This document shows positions 14,533 through 64,000 of a stretch of DNA of 64,000 nucleotides, one piece after another (within the stretch, counting starts at the first letter, position 1; every line of letters starts with the position of its first letter). Under the pieces are notes generated by a model. That model saw nothing but the letters and a program-made list of their open reading frames with translations. It had not been told where the DNA came from and did no database searches. Origin of the DNA: Podarcis filfolensis (lineage: Eukaryota); assembly GCA_964270895.1 (NCBI GenBank), contig OZ185440.1; one strand, written 5' to 3'. Both the position numbers and the translations under genes were made by a program.

Positions 14533-16633
14533 TCTATGGATATTAAGCAGTGTTTGATTTGCTTCTCAGATGTTACTATGCAACCATCATCTCCCTTCTG
14601 TCTGCTCCATATTCAAGGAGCTGAGCCACATTATCAGAAAGGTCCATCCACTGACTTGTATGCTGGCTGTTTGGCTGTAATAATAAATGTTCAATCAATC
14701 AATCAATCAATCAATCCACTGACAGATCTTCTCCATTCTGCATGTGTAGGTTGTACTACCCACCGAAGGCAGAGTGATCACCCAGACTCCCTTCTGCTTT
14801 TCACCCCACTTCCCACTTACTATTATTATTTATTATTATTTATTACTTTTTTATATCACCCTTCACTCAAAAATCAGAGGGTGGTTTAAATATTAAAAAT
14901 GCAAAAGTACAAAGCCTAATAACAAACAAAAGCAGTAACCCCACACACAGTTTAAAAGGCCATAGATTGTTTAATTAGCCAAAGGACTGGGAGAAGAGGA
15001 ATGTTTTTTGTCCAGGTCAGTTTCATATGGGGAGAGGACAGCTCGAGGTATTGTGGTCATGAACCGTTTTATAGACCAAAACCAGCACTTACTATGCATA
15101 TCCTGCATCCATTACAAATACTTGTGCATTGCTCAGATGAATAAGAGTTCCAATGAATTCTCTCAGAATTCTTAGCTCATCGCTCAAGTAGATGTAGCCT
15201 TGTAGCTGTCCTAAGAGAACAATTTTGCTTTCTGAACATGTTTCTCTAAGTAAGGTAGCACACTGTACATATCGACATCAGAGTGCTTGAATATTGTCAA
15301 GAGGAGATCTATGAGTCAATGGATTGAGATGTCAAATTCACTTTCTCAGGAAGGGAGCCCAAGACACCCCTCAAAACTGTCATCTGAACACAGGCCAGAT
15401 CAGCTTCAAATACACAGGGAGAAGGCAATTAAGGTTTCATACTTCCCCAAATATATTCCAAGTCATTCCCTTCTTTCACATTTTTCATAGTGTGAAGAAT
15501 GAGCTCAGCTCTTGAGCACAAAGCATTTCTGATGTCTGCTTCAGTGACTGCTTAGAGCTTCTGAAAATCTATCCATCTATATGCATTGTTAGAAGATTAA
15601 GAACTGGGCTTTCCTGTGGCCAGTTCCTAATGGGAAGGAGGGAGTGGAGGGAGAAGAAGATAGGAATAGCTGCATTTTCTGTATTGTTTGGGCAGGATGC
15701 AGCCTCAATTTGCCCTTAAAATAAACTCATTCCCCTCCCATTAGTTTCTGAAATGGCCAACAGCAAAAGAAAGAAAACAGCAGTTTCTACTGGATTCAGT
15801 CAAAACAGAGAGCAGACAAAGCAGGCTACCTTCTGTTTATAAAGAGCAGAATTGCACAGGTGGAACCAGAGAGAGGGTCTGTCAAAGGCACAGGCAAGAC
15901 CCCCACCCATCTCTTCTCTAACTGGCCTTCTCACCTCAGCTCAGTCCCCTTCTCATCTCACCATACCTGCAGTTTGACAAACACTTTCAAATGAAAGGAA
16001 TGATGCCCCATGCCAGTCCTCACGGCCCCCTGCTTAAGCACATTTAACTGAAACAGCACATCTTCTTCCACTGCCTCGTTTCTTTGTTGTCTCCCCAGCG
16101 TCAAATTATAGAATGTGTTTAAAAATCTGTTGGAATTATGCAAATTAAGAAGGCTTGCATATATCTGCTTAACTAAGTGCACTTGCAGAGGAGGGGAAAG
16201 ATAAGGAGCTAAGATGAAAACCGAAGAATGACTTCCTCATCACCTCAGGAAATCCTGCTGTGTCCCACTTGGCTTGAGAATGCACTCGACACAAATCTCA
16301 GGTTCTCGCCGAACCACTAGCAATCTAGGGGTCCTGTGGCACCTTGAAGAACAGCACTGTTTTTATTGAGGCGCATGTTTTTGTAGACTAAAGCCCAGTT
16401 TGTTAGATGCCTGAAGTGAAATCTCAGTTAGGAGGTATATATACACACAAGAGTATAAATAAGAAAAATGTAAGGTTGGAGTTGAATGGCAATGACAAGG
16501 GCTTTTTTGAAACACATTGCCCTTCAACTGACACCTTACATATTTTTCTCTTTTATGCACATACCTGCCAACTGAGATTTCACTTCATGCATCTTTGGTC
16601 CATGAAAACTTCAGTCCATGAAAGCTTATGCCA

Positions 16634-16645
16634 TGATAGATAGAT

Positions 16646-16681
<36 letters not shown>

Positions 16682-16688
16682 TAGATAG
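16634..16688. repeat. (GATA)n microsatellite
   Basis: Seen directly. Confidence 0.98.
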
Positions 16689-18759
16689 AAATGTGTTAGC
16701 CTTTAACCACAGGACTATTGGTTAATTTTGCTGCTATAGACTAACCCATGGTCATCCATTTGGAAAGCTAAACCATAAGGTCTAGAAACTTGGGATTGTT
16801 GAAAATAAAAGCTGAGTTTCTTAGGAGGAAAAGCGTCTGCACCAAATAAGGAGCCCTGTGCTAGTGTGATGCAAATGTAGACACTAAATAGTCACAAAAC
16901 TAATAGGTAAAGCCTGTTCCCCATAAAGAAGTACACCTGTCTGGAGCAATAATGCCAAAATCATATGTAAGATCCGGTGCCTCCCCCACACTCTGAGCAG
17001 GGAGAAAGAAGGGTCAATTTTCAGCACCAGGTCTGATGGACTGGAGGTCTGCCCAACTTTCTGTTTCATTATCTACACATACTCAGAGGCTCATCTGCTC
17101 AACCAAAAAATATTCTCCTGTATTCCTGTCACAGAAGAACACTAACTTGGCAAGGAGGAGGTGGTTTTGTAAACTACAATTCTCTCCTTTGACCTCCCTG
17201 CTTAAAACACCCAGATCTTGAGTATCTCAGAGATGCCCTACACACACACATACAAAGGTTCTAAGGGTGGAGAGTTCACAAGCCAGGAAAGAGAGGCAGG
17301 AAAACCACCCTGTTTTCACAGTCCTCAGGCCAATAAATTAATGGTCTTTGGACAAACCTGGCCAGATGGGAAGTGCTTGTGATCACACAGCAAGAGATTT
17401 CAGGATTCCCGCCCCTCCATCCTTGCTTCTGTGTAACAATGGTATCCTGCTATGAAGGGAGCAAAACAATACAAGGCTCTATTTCTCAGGCTTTTTATAA
17501 AGGTGCTCTGTCACCTTAGATTCAAAATGAAGAAGCCCAAACTGAAACCATGCTATGTCCAGGTGAGCGTCTCTGCGGTAGTGGCCTCACCCACACTTGG
17601 CATGTCTGATCTTAATACAGGGTTTTGCACACAAATGTGCCTCCCACCCTGACAGAGGCAATGAAGGGTTGCCAAAATGGCAGCTCCTGGTATCTGTGCT
17701 CAGCATACACTAGTCTGGTGTTCGGATATATTCTCCCATCACCGTTTCAATTCCATTTGACAAAGACCACTTAACGTCTCCAGATGACAGACTGCATTGG
17801 GAACTGAAGGCAATATCCTGAGACAGCCATCGCTAACCCTCCCCACTCCAAAACACAGCTCTCCCTGTGCAGAGCTCATGGACTCCACTGGCCACAGTGC
17901 CTCTGTTTCTTTTATTAAAGAGCCTTCAAATGCACACACACATCCAAAGGGCATACATCTTCAGCGGCAAGAGTCAATACAAAGGAAGAAACCTTGGGCA
18001 GTGGGCCACTGCATTAACACCGCCCTTCTCTTGCAGTGGGGAAGCAAATTGCCTGTTTTCAGGTGACCCGAACGGGGAATGTTGTACCTGCAATGCAATT
18101 ATTACTTTCACAAGAAGCAAAATGGCTAGGGAGCGACATCATTTGGCAAAGTGTGTGAGAGGGGGAGAGAGAGAGATGGGCGTGAAGCAGTCCTGCCATT
18201 CACAGAAGACACTGCATAGGCAGACTCACCCCCAACCCCACCCCAAACGAAAGGATGATGCTCAAAAGATATCAGGCACCTGCATATGGCAGATTAAAGC
18301 ACAAACTCCGGTTAGAGGGAAAATGAACTGACAGCCAAACAAAACAGATTTCGTTGTTGTTGGAGGGAGATAAGAGCTTAACAAGGGGAAGGAACCAGCC
18401 AGCCCGTACGGAAACCTGACAGCAGCGGATTTATCTGAAATATCAATAATGGGGATAAATGGAGTGTGCAAAGAGAGGCAGAGGCAGAGACGTGGCTGAA
18501 AGGAAAGGCAGCAAAACGCAGAGCAAATGTGCAAAATACAGGATTTCCTTGTCTCTCTTGCTTTGACTTCAGAAAAAAAGAGGGAGGGGCAGCTCTAGGT
18601 CTCTTCAGAAGACAAATACTCCAAACCTGCTTCTTGCACATTACTTATGGAAGCAGCAGAGAATTGGCTTCCACAGATAGAAACAGGATTTCATTGTAAG
18701 AAGATATTTGGGTTTAAACTCACAGGACAAAAGAGGAGAGGCAAAAAGGAGAAGAAAAA

Positions 18760-20260
18760 AGGACGGTGTGAGGTGCGGCGGCCAAAATATTGATGTGGCT
18801 AATCACATGCGCATAAACACAGAGACCGATCAGCCCAGCAATTGGACAGTGCAGTCCCCCCACTCCGGGTGACCCTCTGCAGCAGAGACAAAGAGGAACA
18901 GGACAATACGGATCGGAGTGTGTGTGTGTGTGTCACACATGCCACACAACCGGTAAAGCTCACACGCCCCTGCCTGCAGACGGAGGCGCGCGCCTCTCCC
19001 CAAGGATGCCCGTCTAACAGTCCCACAAACGCGGGTCCGTGTGCCAGGGGCAGGATCACCGCTGTAGGCAAGTCCAAAAATGCCCATGTCACCTGAGGAA
19101 AGACCGATGGCACAAGCTCCCCTCTGCCGTAGGGAGGCTCCCCTCCCCACCCCACCCCCGACAGATGAATGGACCGGCCTGCAGCGAGCGGCGCGAGGGA
19201 CACCCTTTGTCTGCGCCCACCTGCGCCGAACGTCTTTCTTTCCCAGCCCGCCCCCCCCCCTCGCTCTTTTCCTCCGAGCTCACCTCACGGCCACCTTGAC
19301 GCTGCAGCTGTCCCCCTGGGCGGCCATGCCTTCCTCCTTCTGGTTCTCCTCCTCCTCTGCCGCCTCCCCGCGCCGCAGCAGAGCGCTGCCCCCCAACCAC
19401 CATGGGGCCGGGGCCAAGACGAGGCTGAGGCGGCGACTCGGCTAAGAAGAGCGCAAGGCGCGGAGGCCGCCTGGGGCAGGCGAGGGCATGCTGGGCGGCG
19501 GCGGCGGCGGCTGCTCTTCCTACGGCCAGCCGCGCTCTCTCGCTTCCTGCCTGGGAGAGGAGGCAGCGGCGGCGGCGGCGCGCAAAGCTACGCAGCGCCC
19601 TTCTCCCTCCTGCCCGCCCCGCGGCAGTAGCGGGACTGCTGAGGGAGCCCGCGCGGCGAGCGAGCCTCGAGCTGCCCGGAGCAGGGGGCGGGGAGGGGGA
19701 GGGGCGCCCAGAACGTCGCCCCCCCCGCCCCTTCCGTCGAGGAAAAAGGTGGAGGAGGGATTGATTCGGATTTGGGGCGGTGGGAGGCGAAAGCCCAGGG
19801 GGGCGCACTACCATTAGGACTCAGTTCGGAGGTAAGGATGGACTCGAGAGCGTGCTCTCCATGCAGTCAGGGGTTTAAAAAAACAAAACACCAACAAAAA
19901 GTCCTTTAAAGACGGGGCGGGTTTTTAGTGAGGCATAAGCTTTCGTGAGCTGCAGCCCATTTCGTCTCTTGAGCATGTGCAGAGTGCCTTGATCTACCCA
20001 CAGCCGCCCATGGTGCATTCAGAGAAGAGCCGGAATGAGCTCGGAAGTTATTTCAAGTGTGAGCACATGGATCGTGGGACTGCCCCCCCCCCACACTAAT
20101 GTAATATGTATGTGTGCGAACCGGGTGCAATGCGGAGTAGGAAGAGTGAAGCTGCAGGACAGAGCTTTTGTGCTCTGAAAAGATACGATGCGAATCTCCC
20201 CTTCAGCGCGGTGGCTAAACTGAGACGGCAGTCGTAATTCCATGGGAACCATTGCCTTTG
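18760..20260. promoter_or_regulatory. KIF21B: CpG island: promoter and 5' UTR of KIF21B
   Basis: Very GC/CpG-rich, with GGC repeats and GGGCGG boxes around exon 1; boundaries approximate. Confidence 0.88.
19284..19327 (-). CDS. KIF21B: KIF21B (kinesin-4 family) first coding exon, MAAQGDSCSVKVAV(R)
   Basis: ATG in strong Kozak context GGCATGG; peptide matches the KIF21B N-terminus (human MAGQGDCCVKVAVR); AG|GTGAGC donor; sits in a CpG island next to CACNA1S. Confidence 0.9.
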
Positions 20261-21536
20261 AACTCAGTGTGACTTACTTCTGAGTAGACCCACATAGGAC
20301 TGCGGTGTGGAGATGCCCAGCAGCCTTTTCTCTTACTGAGATGTGAATTGTGTTAAATCCTAATAAGGGGGCAGGAGAGAGACACTTAAGTTTAGGGCAG
20401 TAGGAGCTTGAGAAAGAGTCTCTTCTGCCCCCTACTGGCCACAGGTGGCCAAGTTGCCCGCCTTGCATCCTAAATAACTAAACAAAAGTCTCCTCTTGTA
20501 AATGATGCTCTATACCAGCGTTGGTCAGCCACCTGGTGCCCTCCAGATGCTGCGTGGGGCTGATGGGAGCTGGAATCCAACAGCAGATTCCCCCATCTCT
20601 GATGCAGGTGGCCTTTCTCCATTTCTGTGAGCATGGGAGGGATGCTTGTTTGCCCGTCCAGAGAGAGGGAGTGCATGTATAGTAAACAGGAGTGCCCAGT
20701 AGTTTGTAACTGGAACAGGAAACCTGTGCCTGCACACATTTCTGCTTTTTATTTATCATATTTATTGATCCCTTCGTGTCCTACTAGTTTCAGTGGGTGG
20801 GGGAAGTGGGCAGGCGACACGACCAGGTAGATAATACATGAGGGAAGCCAAGGCTGAACAAGAAACACACATGCATATTCTCTGGATTGGGTGCTGGCAA
20901 TTCTTTTAGCGCATCTCTACCTACCATGTGTCTTCTTCATCTCACAATAGGATAAATGAGTGTGATTGACGGGTTCTTTGTAGGTTAATTAAAAGCCAGA
21001 GGCTCTGGCTAGTGTGTTTATGTTTAAGATGTTATAAATAATTTGTTTCAAGCAGTCATATTGGCTGGGATATCCTTCTGCTTTCCTTAGCTTGTCTTCT
21101 TGTAAGGCAAGCAATGTTGAAATCCTGGTTTATGATGACCATTATAGCCAGCTGGCTAAGCTGGTTATGTTCCTTCCTGGGGAGTAATTAATAGCTCCCT
21201 TTCACATTTAAATACTGAGCCTTTGTATTGATGGATCACAGAAAGCCCTGCTGAGAAGACAGAGATGTGGTAATGGGGCCAGTATCAGTTCCTGGCATCC
21301 TTGGGCAGCTGCCAGGGCCCCAGAAGGGTCACTGCTTATAGCTGCCCTGGAAAGCTGGACCCAGGACAGGGATAGGAAAACCTGTGGCCCTCCAGATGTT
21401 GTTGGATTATGGCTCTCATTGGGCAGGACCACTGGCCAAATGAGGCACAGCTTTAGACTTTCCCATTACCCAAACATTTTAGATATTTTAGGAGTTCTTT
21501 AGTTTTACGTCTTTAGTCTGATCTATAGGTTGTTGG

Positions 21537-21867
21537 GGATGCGGCTGGCGCTGCGGTCTAAACCACAGAGCCTAGGGTTTGCTGATCAAAAGCGATGGGG
21601 TGAGCTCCCGTTGCTCGGTCCCAGCTCCTGCTAACCTAGCAGTTTGAAAGCATGTCGAAGTGCAGGTAGATAAATAGGTACCACTCCAGCGGGAAGGTAA
21701 ATGGCGTTTCCATGTGCTGTTCTGGTTCGCCAGAAGCGTCTTAGTCATGCTGGCCACATGACCAGAAGCTATACGCCGGCTCCCTCAGCCAATAAAGCGA
21801 GATGAGCACCACAACCCCAGAGTTGTCCACGACTGGACCTAACGGTCAGGGGTCCCTTTACCTTTAC
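21537..21867 (+). mobile_element. Sauria SINE, full length
   Basis: tRNA-like head, Sauria core, (ACCTTT)n tail; 14-bp TSD CTATAGGTTGTTGG. Confidence 0.92.
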
Positions 21868-24800
21868 CTATAGGTTGTTGGTGGCTGTTTGTTTCTTTGT
21901 TTAAATATAACATCAGTGCCCTGAAATCTTCAGATGAAGGGCAGTTTAAAATGTTATAAATAAAATGAATGCATACATAAATGTCAGGTGGTTGGTATTA
22001 ACTATCAATTAGCTTGTTGATTTATTTTTTTTAACTTTTAGATAGTGATTTCTAACAGTCTTTTACTGATAATTCTACTGTTTTATTCTTTTTGAGGTTT
22101 TAGTACAATGAAGCTGTATATAAATCTTGTGATTTTCTCTGAATGTTTATACTTTTGTAGCTCCCAACTGCAAACCCAGAGCTTCAAGACGTTTATCCTT
22201 TGTCAACATCCAATGGATGTATTTTATTGTTATAGCACTGCGTGTGTATAATATATATGATGAATTGGTCAGTGTTTCACAAGCACTAACTGTATGATGG
22301 GTGGATTCATCATCTTTATTGTACTGCATGACACACTAACCCCTTTCTGATTGCTTAAGGATGCTTTTTTATGGGATGCTTAATTCTGAATGCCTAATGC
22401 CAGCTGGCAAAAATACTAACCTCGAATGATGGCGCAAATGATGGAGCAGTTCCATCTCTGTTTAATGATAACTGGTTGTCAACATGCATCTTTTCAATGA
22501 AGGCTAAGTGGACTATATATTGGCATCTCTAGCTTCTATCACAACGTTGATTCTGCACCAATGTGCTGCAAAGTCTTCTCAGCAAAGTGTTTTAATCAGT
22601 TGAGAGAAAAACTCTAGACAGCCTTTGGGGAGGGAATGACTTTGACAAGTCAAAGGAGGAAAGTTGATCATAATTTGCCTTGACATAAAGAGCACAATTG
22701 ATTGATTTCCTTGCTTAAACAACAGATACTTTGCTTAAACGGAGGATACTGAAGAGTCCATTCAATTCCAAATTTACCCCCAACCCAAACAAAAAAACTT
22801 TGCTGTTTATTTGGTAGTAATTATCAAAAGCTGCTCCATACAAATGAGGCTTGATAAACTGGCTTCTTTGCATCTCACATCCACCTTTGCTGTCTAATGT
22901 TAACTGTTAATGGTGGAGTCGGCGCAAAGGAAGGAGTGGTGGCAACAGAGACTGTGGCAGATTTCAGGAATGATGATGATATGCAGGGCTTTTTTTCAGA
23001 GAGAACTCAGTTCTGGCACCTCTCATGTGGGAGAGTCCCAGCACCTCTCTGGTGGGTGCCATTGCCGTTCTAAAGGTGAGTTCTGACACCTATTTTTCTA
23101 GACTCCTCTTGCCATTTGCTTCTCTTCCTAACTGTAATTTGCAATTAAATGCTTTGAAATGGAAACAATTTATTGGACAGCTGGGCATGTAACTCGTACT
23201 CACTGCTCCAGGGTGGTTCAGGATCCCTGGCTGGCTATAGCAGAGTTTGGCCTCCAGAGGGAAGAGGATTTTCTTTCAGCACCCTAGAGAGAACCCTCTC
23301 CAGCTCAATATTCACAATGGCTTGGCTGTGCATTCTGCTTCCCAGCAGCCCTTTATCCATTCCCCATTTTTTTGACTTAACAAATAAAAGCCCTGAGAGC
23401 GGCCAGGCTCTATTGATTCAGCACCTCCCTGGGGATGCATAATTCCTCCGTATTTTAATATCTATTAGCGTTGAGATGAAGCCAGTTGTGTGGAAGGAGC
23501 TGGCTGCTGAGATTGTGTTGGGCTTTAAAACGCAGGATATATTAGGAGGTGGGGCGTCGTGGCACAAGAGGCACACCAGGCAGGAGCAGCAATGAGGAGC
23601 TATGGGAGCTTTTGTTGTCTGCAAAAGTGGTAACAGAGTTTAGCTGCTTCTCTCTCCACTCCACCCCAGGAGCTTTTATAGCAGTAGCACCAACTGACAA
23701 GGGGGGGAAAGAGCCTGCTTCTCTGACTTTTATAGCTCAATCTGCAGCAATCGGCAAGCAAGCCTTTTCATATCATAGAGATAAACATTATCCCCTACTA
23801 ATGTCTGCAGATCAAGCTGCTGTTAAAGGCACAGGATAGCAGACAAAAAAAAGAGGTTATGGCTATATTATAAAGTCATAGAAAAGAGCACTGGGTAAGA
23901 TACCCTTCCTCAAATTTTTCACACACCCCAGGTGGACTGAAGAGCTAAGTTAAGTGCAGTGGGTAGACTATAACTCAAGAATATAACTCATGTTCAAATC
24001 CTCCCATAGCCTTTAAGATCACTGGATGACATTGAGATGGTCACGTCTGAGGCTGTGGGTTTTGTTTACTTCTGTTATTTCATGTATATTCGGTAGCATT
24101 AGGCTCTAGAGAAGCTGTCTGGTTCTGACGCATACTGTCTTTGAAGATAGAACCATAGTCAGTAATACTTTGCAGCTCAGGATTGCATCATACACTTTCA
24201 GATTTGTTGTCCAGCTCTTCAGATTTGCATCTTTGTATGGCTGTCACTGTGGTTCTAGGAATTTTGTCCTTGCGGCAGTAGAGGCATGACTAAGTCAACA
24301 TTTTGCAGATGAAAATTTCTGAAACTCATTGTGCCCTGAAGGATTGCTTCTTCCCCTTTTGAATGTTGCTGGGCCCTCTTCATTATTTCATCCATTAATC
24401 AACTCCAGAAACACACAGGGAGGCCATCTTGGGGGCTGCACCCAACAACAAAATTCCTTATACATATAATTATAGAATTCTAATTCAAAGACCAGGACAA
24501 CTGGTAAGTTTGAGAGCAATATATGTTTAAAGACAGTATGAATCAGAACTCCACAACTTTTCTAAGAGCCAGACTTTCAGAGTATTCTTGACTTGCCAAA
24601 TCCCTAGCCCAAACTATGGATTGTTTGTGTGATTTAATTAAACATGCTGATGTGCAATTATTAGTGTAAAGCACTATAACCTAGGAATAATGTGGGCTAG
24701 AATTCTAAATGAATTCACACTCAAATCTTCCAATATCTGTTAGTAGCCAGCTAGATAATTCAGAGGCTCTGCAAAATTCAGCAATAAAACCCTTCAATCC

Positions 24801-24987
24801 TGTTTTTGAGGTGTAGGTATGTGAGAGAGTGTGTAACAGTGTTTAGATTTTAATGCTTTCATTCTATTGCTGTGTTTTTATTGCTTTTACCTGTTTGTAA
24901 GTTGGCCTGGAAAGTTTTTGTTTTTTTTAAAGTGAGGTGTAAATATTTCAAATAAACAAATAAAATAATCATTCCTGGTTCTTTCAG

Positions 24988-24993
24988 TTTATT
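24988..24993 (-). terminator. CACNA1S: Candidate polyadenylation signal (AATAAA) of CACNA1S, about 480 nt after the stop codon
   Basis: tttatt on + strand; nearest AATAAA I found downstream of the stop; followed by T-rich sequence. Confidence 0.5.
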
Positions 24994-25467
24994 AAAAGTG
25001 CTAGCTTTTCATCATTTTTACTTTCTGTTCAAAACAATGTAATCAAAGGGCACTTTTCAAGATGTTTCCCAGAGGAAATAAATTCGCTAGGTAGGAGGGA
25101 TCTTTGATATTAAATATTGGGAATATTTGGTGATCTATCATCTAGCTTGTATGCTGTCGATCTCATGAGAGCAAGGAGACCCTGCTGGGAGAAACACCTG
25201 GGGAGTTCTATTTCTAAAAAAAAATCTCCTCCTTTGATAGCCAAGGAAAGTAGGTTTCCCTCTGCCATCTTTTCCATTAGCCTGTTATGCTGCTGATGGC
25301 AACCAGTCAGGGATTGCTGTGAGCAAGTAATGCAGTGCTTTCATGGTAACCACCCCGAAGCAGACAAACGGGTAGCACTTTATAGCAGCCCTGCTGGGGA
25401 AAAAAGAGATAAGGCTGGGGGAAAGATCTCACAGTCTGTAATTTGGAATGGCCGTGCAATGAGCCTT

Positions 25468-62920
<37,453 letters not shown>

Positions 62921-63465
62921 CTAGAGAAAAAGGAGACAGTTAAAACCAGAATGGTGGCAGATGAGCCCCTGAAAATGGCTTCAGAACCCTACCTATTCTT
63001 AGTTTTCACTTGCTCTAGCGCCCGTGTTCAGAATTTCATTTTGAAAAGCATCACTCTTACTAATATGGTCGTGGTGATGCAGCTCTAAAGCAGGCCTGCA
63101 AAACACAACGTTCACCTTCTTCCCTGGGTATCTGCAATCTCCAGGATGGCTTCCAAATATTTAGTTTGTGCCTCTTTAAGGGGAGCATATAAGGCCTAAC
63201 AAGGCCATCAAAACTGTAGGTGCAGATGGAAGAATAAATAATCTCTGTGGTCTTTGGGGGGAATTCAGTGTTGCGCTAAGTTAAAGTACCTTAGCAGTGC
63301 GCTAGCTGTGCCAGCAGAATGGCTGGTGCAAGGAAAGGTGGGAAGCGAGCATGGTTCTCGTGGTTGGTGGCACAACAGATAGATGGGGGTGCAGGGAGAA
63401 AATGCTTCCAACTCTATGATATACCCTCCAACATTTCTCTGGTGAAAATAGGGACATCCTATTCA

Positions 63466-63513
<48 letters not shown>

Positions 63514-63630
63514 TATATCCCACCCATCTGACTGGGTTGCCACTCTGGGTGGCTTCCAACATATATAAAAACATAATAAACATTAAAAACTTCCCCATAC
63601 AGGATTGCCTTCAAATGGCTCAGGGGGTAG
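63466..63630 (-). mobile_element. L2 3' end with (ATT)n tail, reverse orientation
   Basis: (att)n then tatatcccacccatctgactggg...ccactctgggtggcttccaac, antisense of the L2 tail at 36800. Confidence 0.7.
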
Positions 63631-64000
63631 GATAATTCCATAACCTCCAAAATCTCTCCGATAAAATAGGGACATCCTACCATACCCTCCAACATTTCTC
63701 TGATGAAAATAGGGATGTCCTAAGGAAAAGCGGGACGTTCTAGGATCAAATCAGAAACTGGGACGGCTTTTGTAAATCTGGGAAGTTCCTGGAAAAGAGG
63801 GGCACTTGGAGGGTCTGCTATGGTTCTTTGACTCTACAGTGTAAAAACACAAAGGGGTCTCAATCCTTCATTTACTCAATTGACAGAGATGATCTGACTG
63901 ATACTGGACATCTCTGGCTTTGGGATTTAACGAGCATTGCATTAAAGAGATAGAGTGAGAGAGATTGCTATGGAGTGCAGAAAGGTCCAACATGGGAAAT

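Larger units (their letters stand above)
1..19283 (-). other. KIF21B: KIF21B intron 1 (exon 2 not found within the window)
   Basis: Downstream of the exon-1 donor; I found no IRPQ...GYNATVLAYGQ exon; repeat-rich. Confidence 0.65.

Noticed and set aside
15958-16182. 74-aa minus-strand ORF ending in CAG|GTATGG as a KIF21B exon
   Set aside because: No similarity to the kinesin motor sequence expected in exon 2.
19089-19817. Overlapping 109-241 aa ORFs in the KIF21B CpG island
   Set aside because: Same GC artefact; only the 44-nt exon matches a known protein.
22416-22523. Open 36-codon minus-strand stretch with SLNRDGT resembling CACNA1S exon 36
   Set aside because: Similarity is limited to a few residues, the acceptor is poor, and it lies beyond the putative polyA signal.

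Overview
Vertebrate genomic DNA, very likely from a squamate lizard and probably a lacertid, judged from the Sauria SINEs, L2/CR1/RTE/L1 fragments and hAT and Tc1-mariner MITEs. There are two host genes, both on the minus strand. (1) The 3' three-quarters of the skeletal-muscle L-type calcium channel gene CACNA1S (CaV1.1): 35 coding exons, equivalent to human exons 10-44, run from 62920 to the stop at 25468. I placed them by hand from splice sites and reading-frame phase; human exon and residue numbering is from recall. (2) The CpG-island promoter and first coding exon of KIF21B at about 19.3 kb; the remaining 1-19.3 kb appears to be its first intron. The most unusual observations are: an 878-bp composite hAT element with one 8-bp TSD that carries about 650 bp of CpG-island-like cargo into CACNA1S intron 11; a candidate extra in-frame 36-nt microexon in the IVS3-S4 voltage-sensor linker; a solo LTR inserted between the branch point and polypyrimidine tract of exon 22; a C-terminal class I PDZ ligand; substitutions in the dihydropyridine pocket; and several non-canonical splice sites (one U12-type intron, two GC-AG introns, one GAG acceptor). 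Most entries in the ORF track are chance ORFs.
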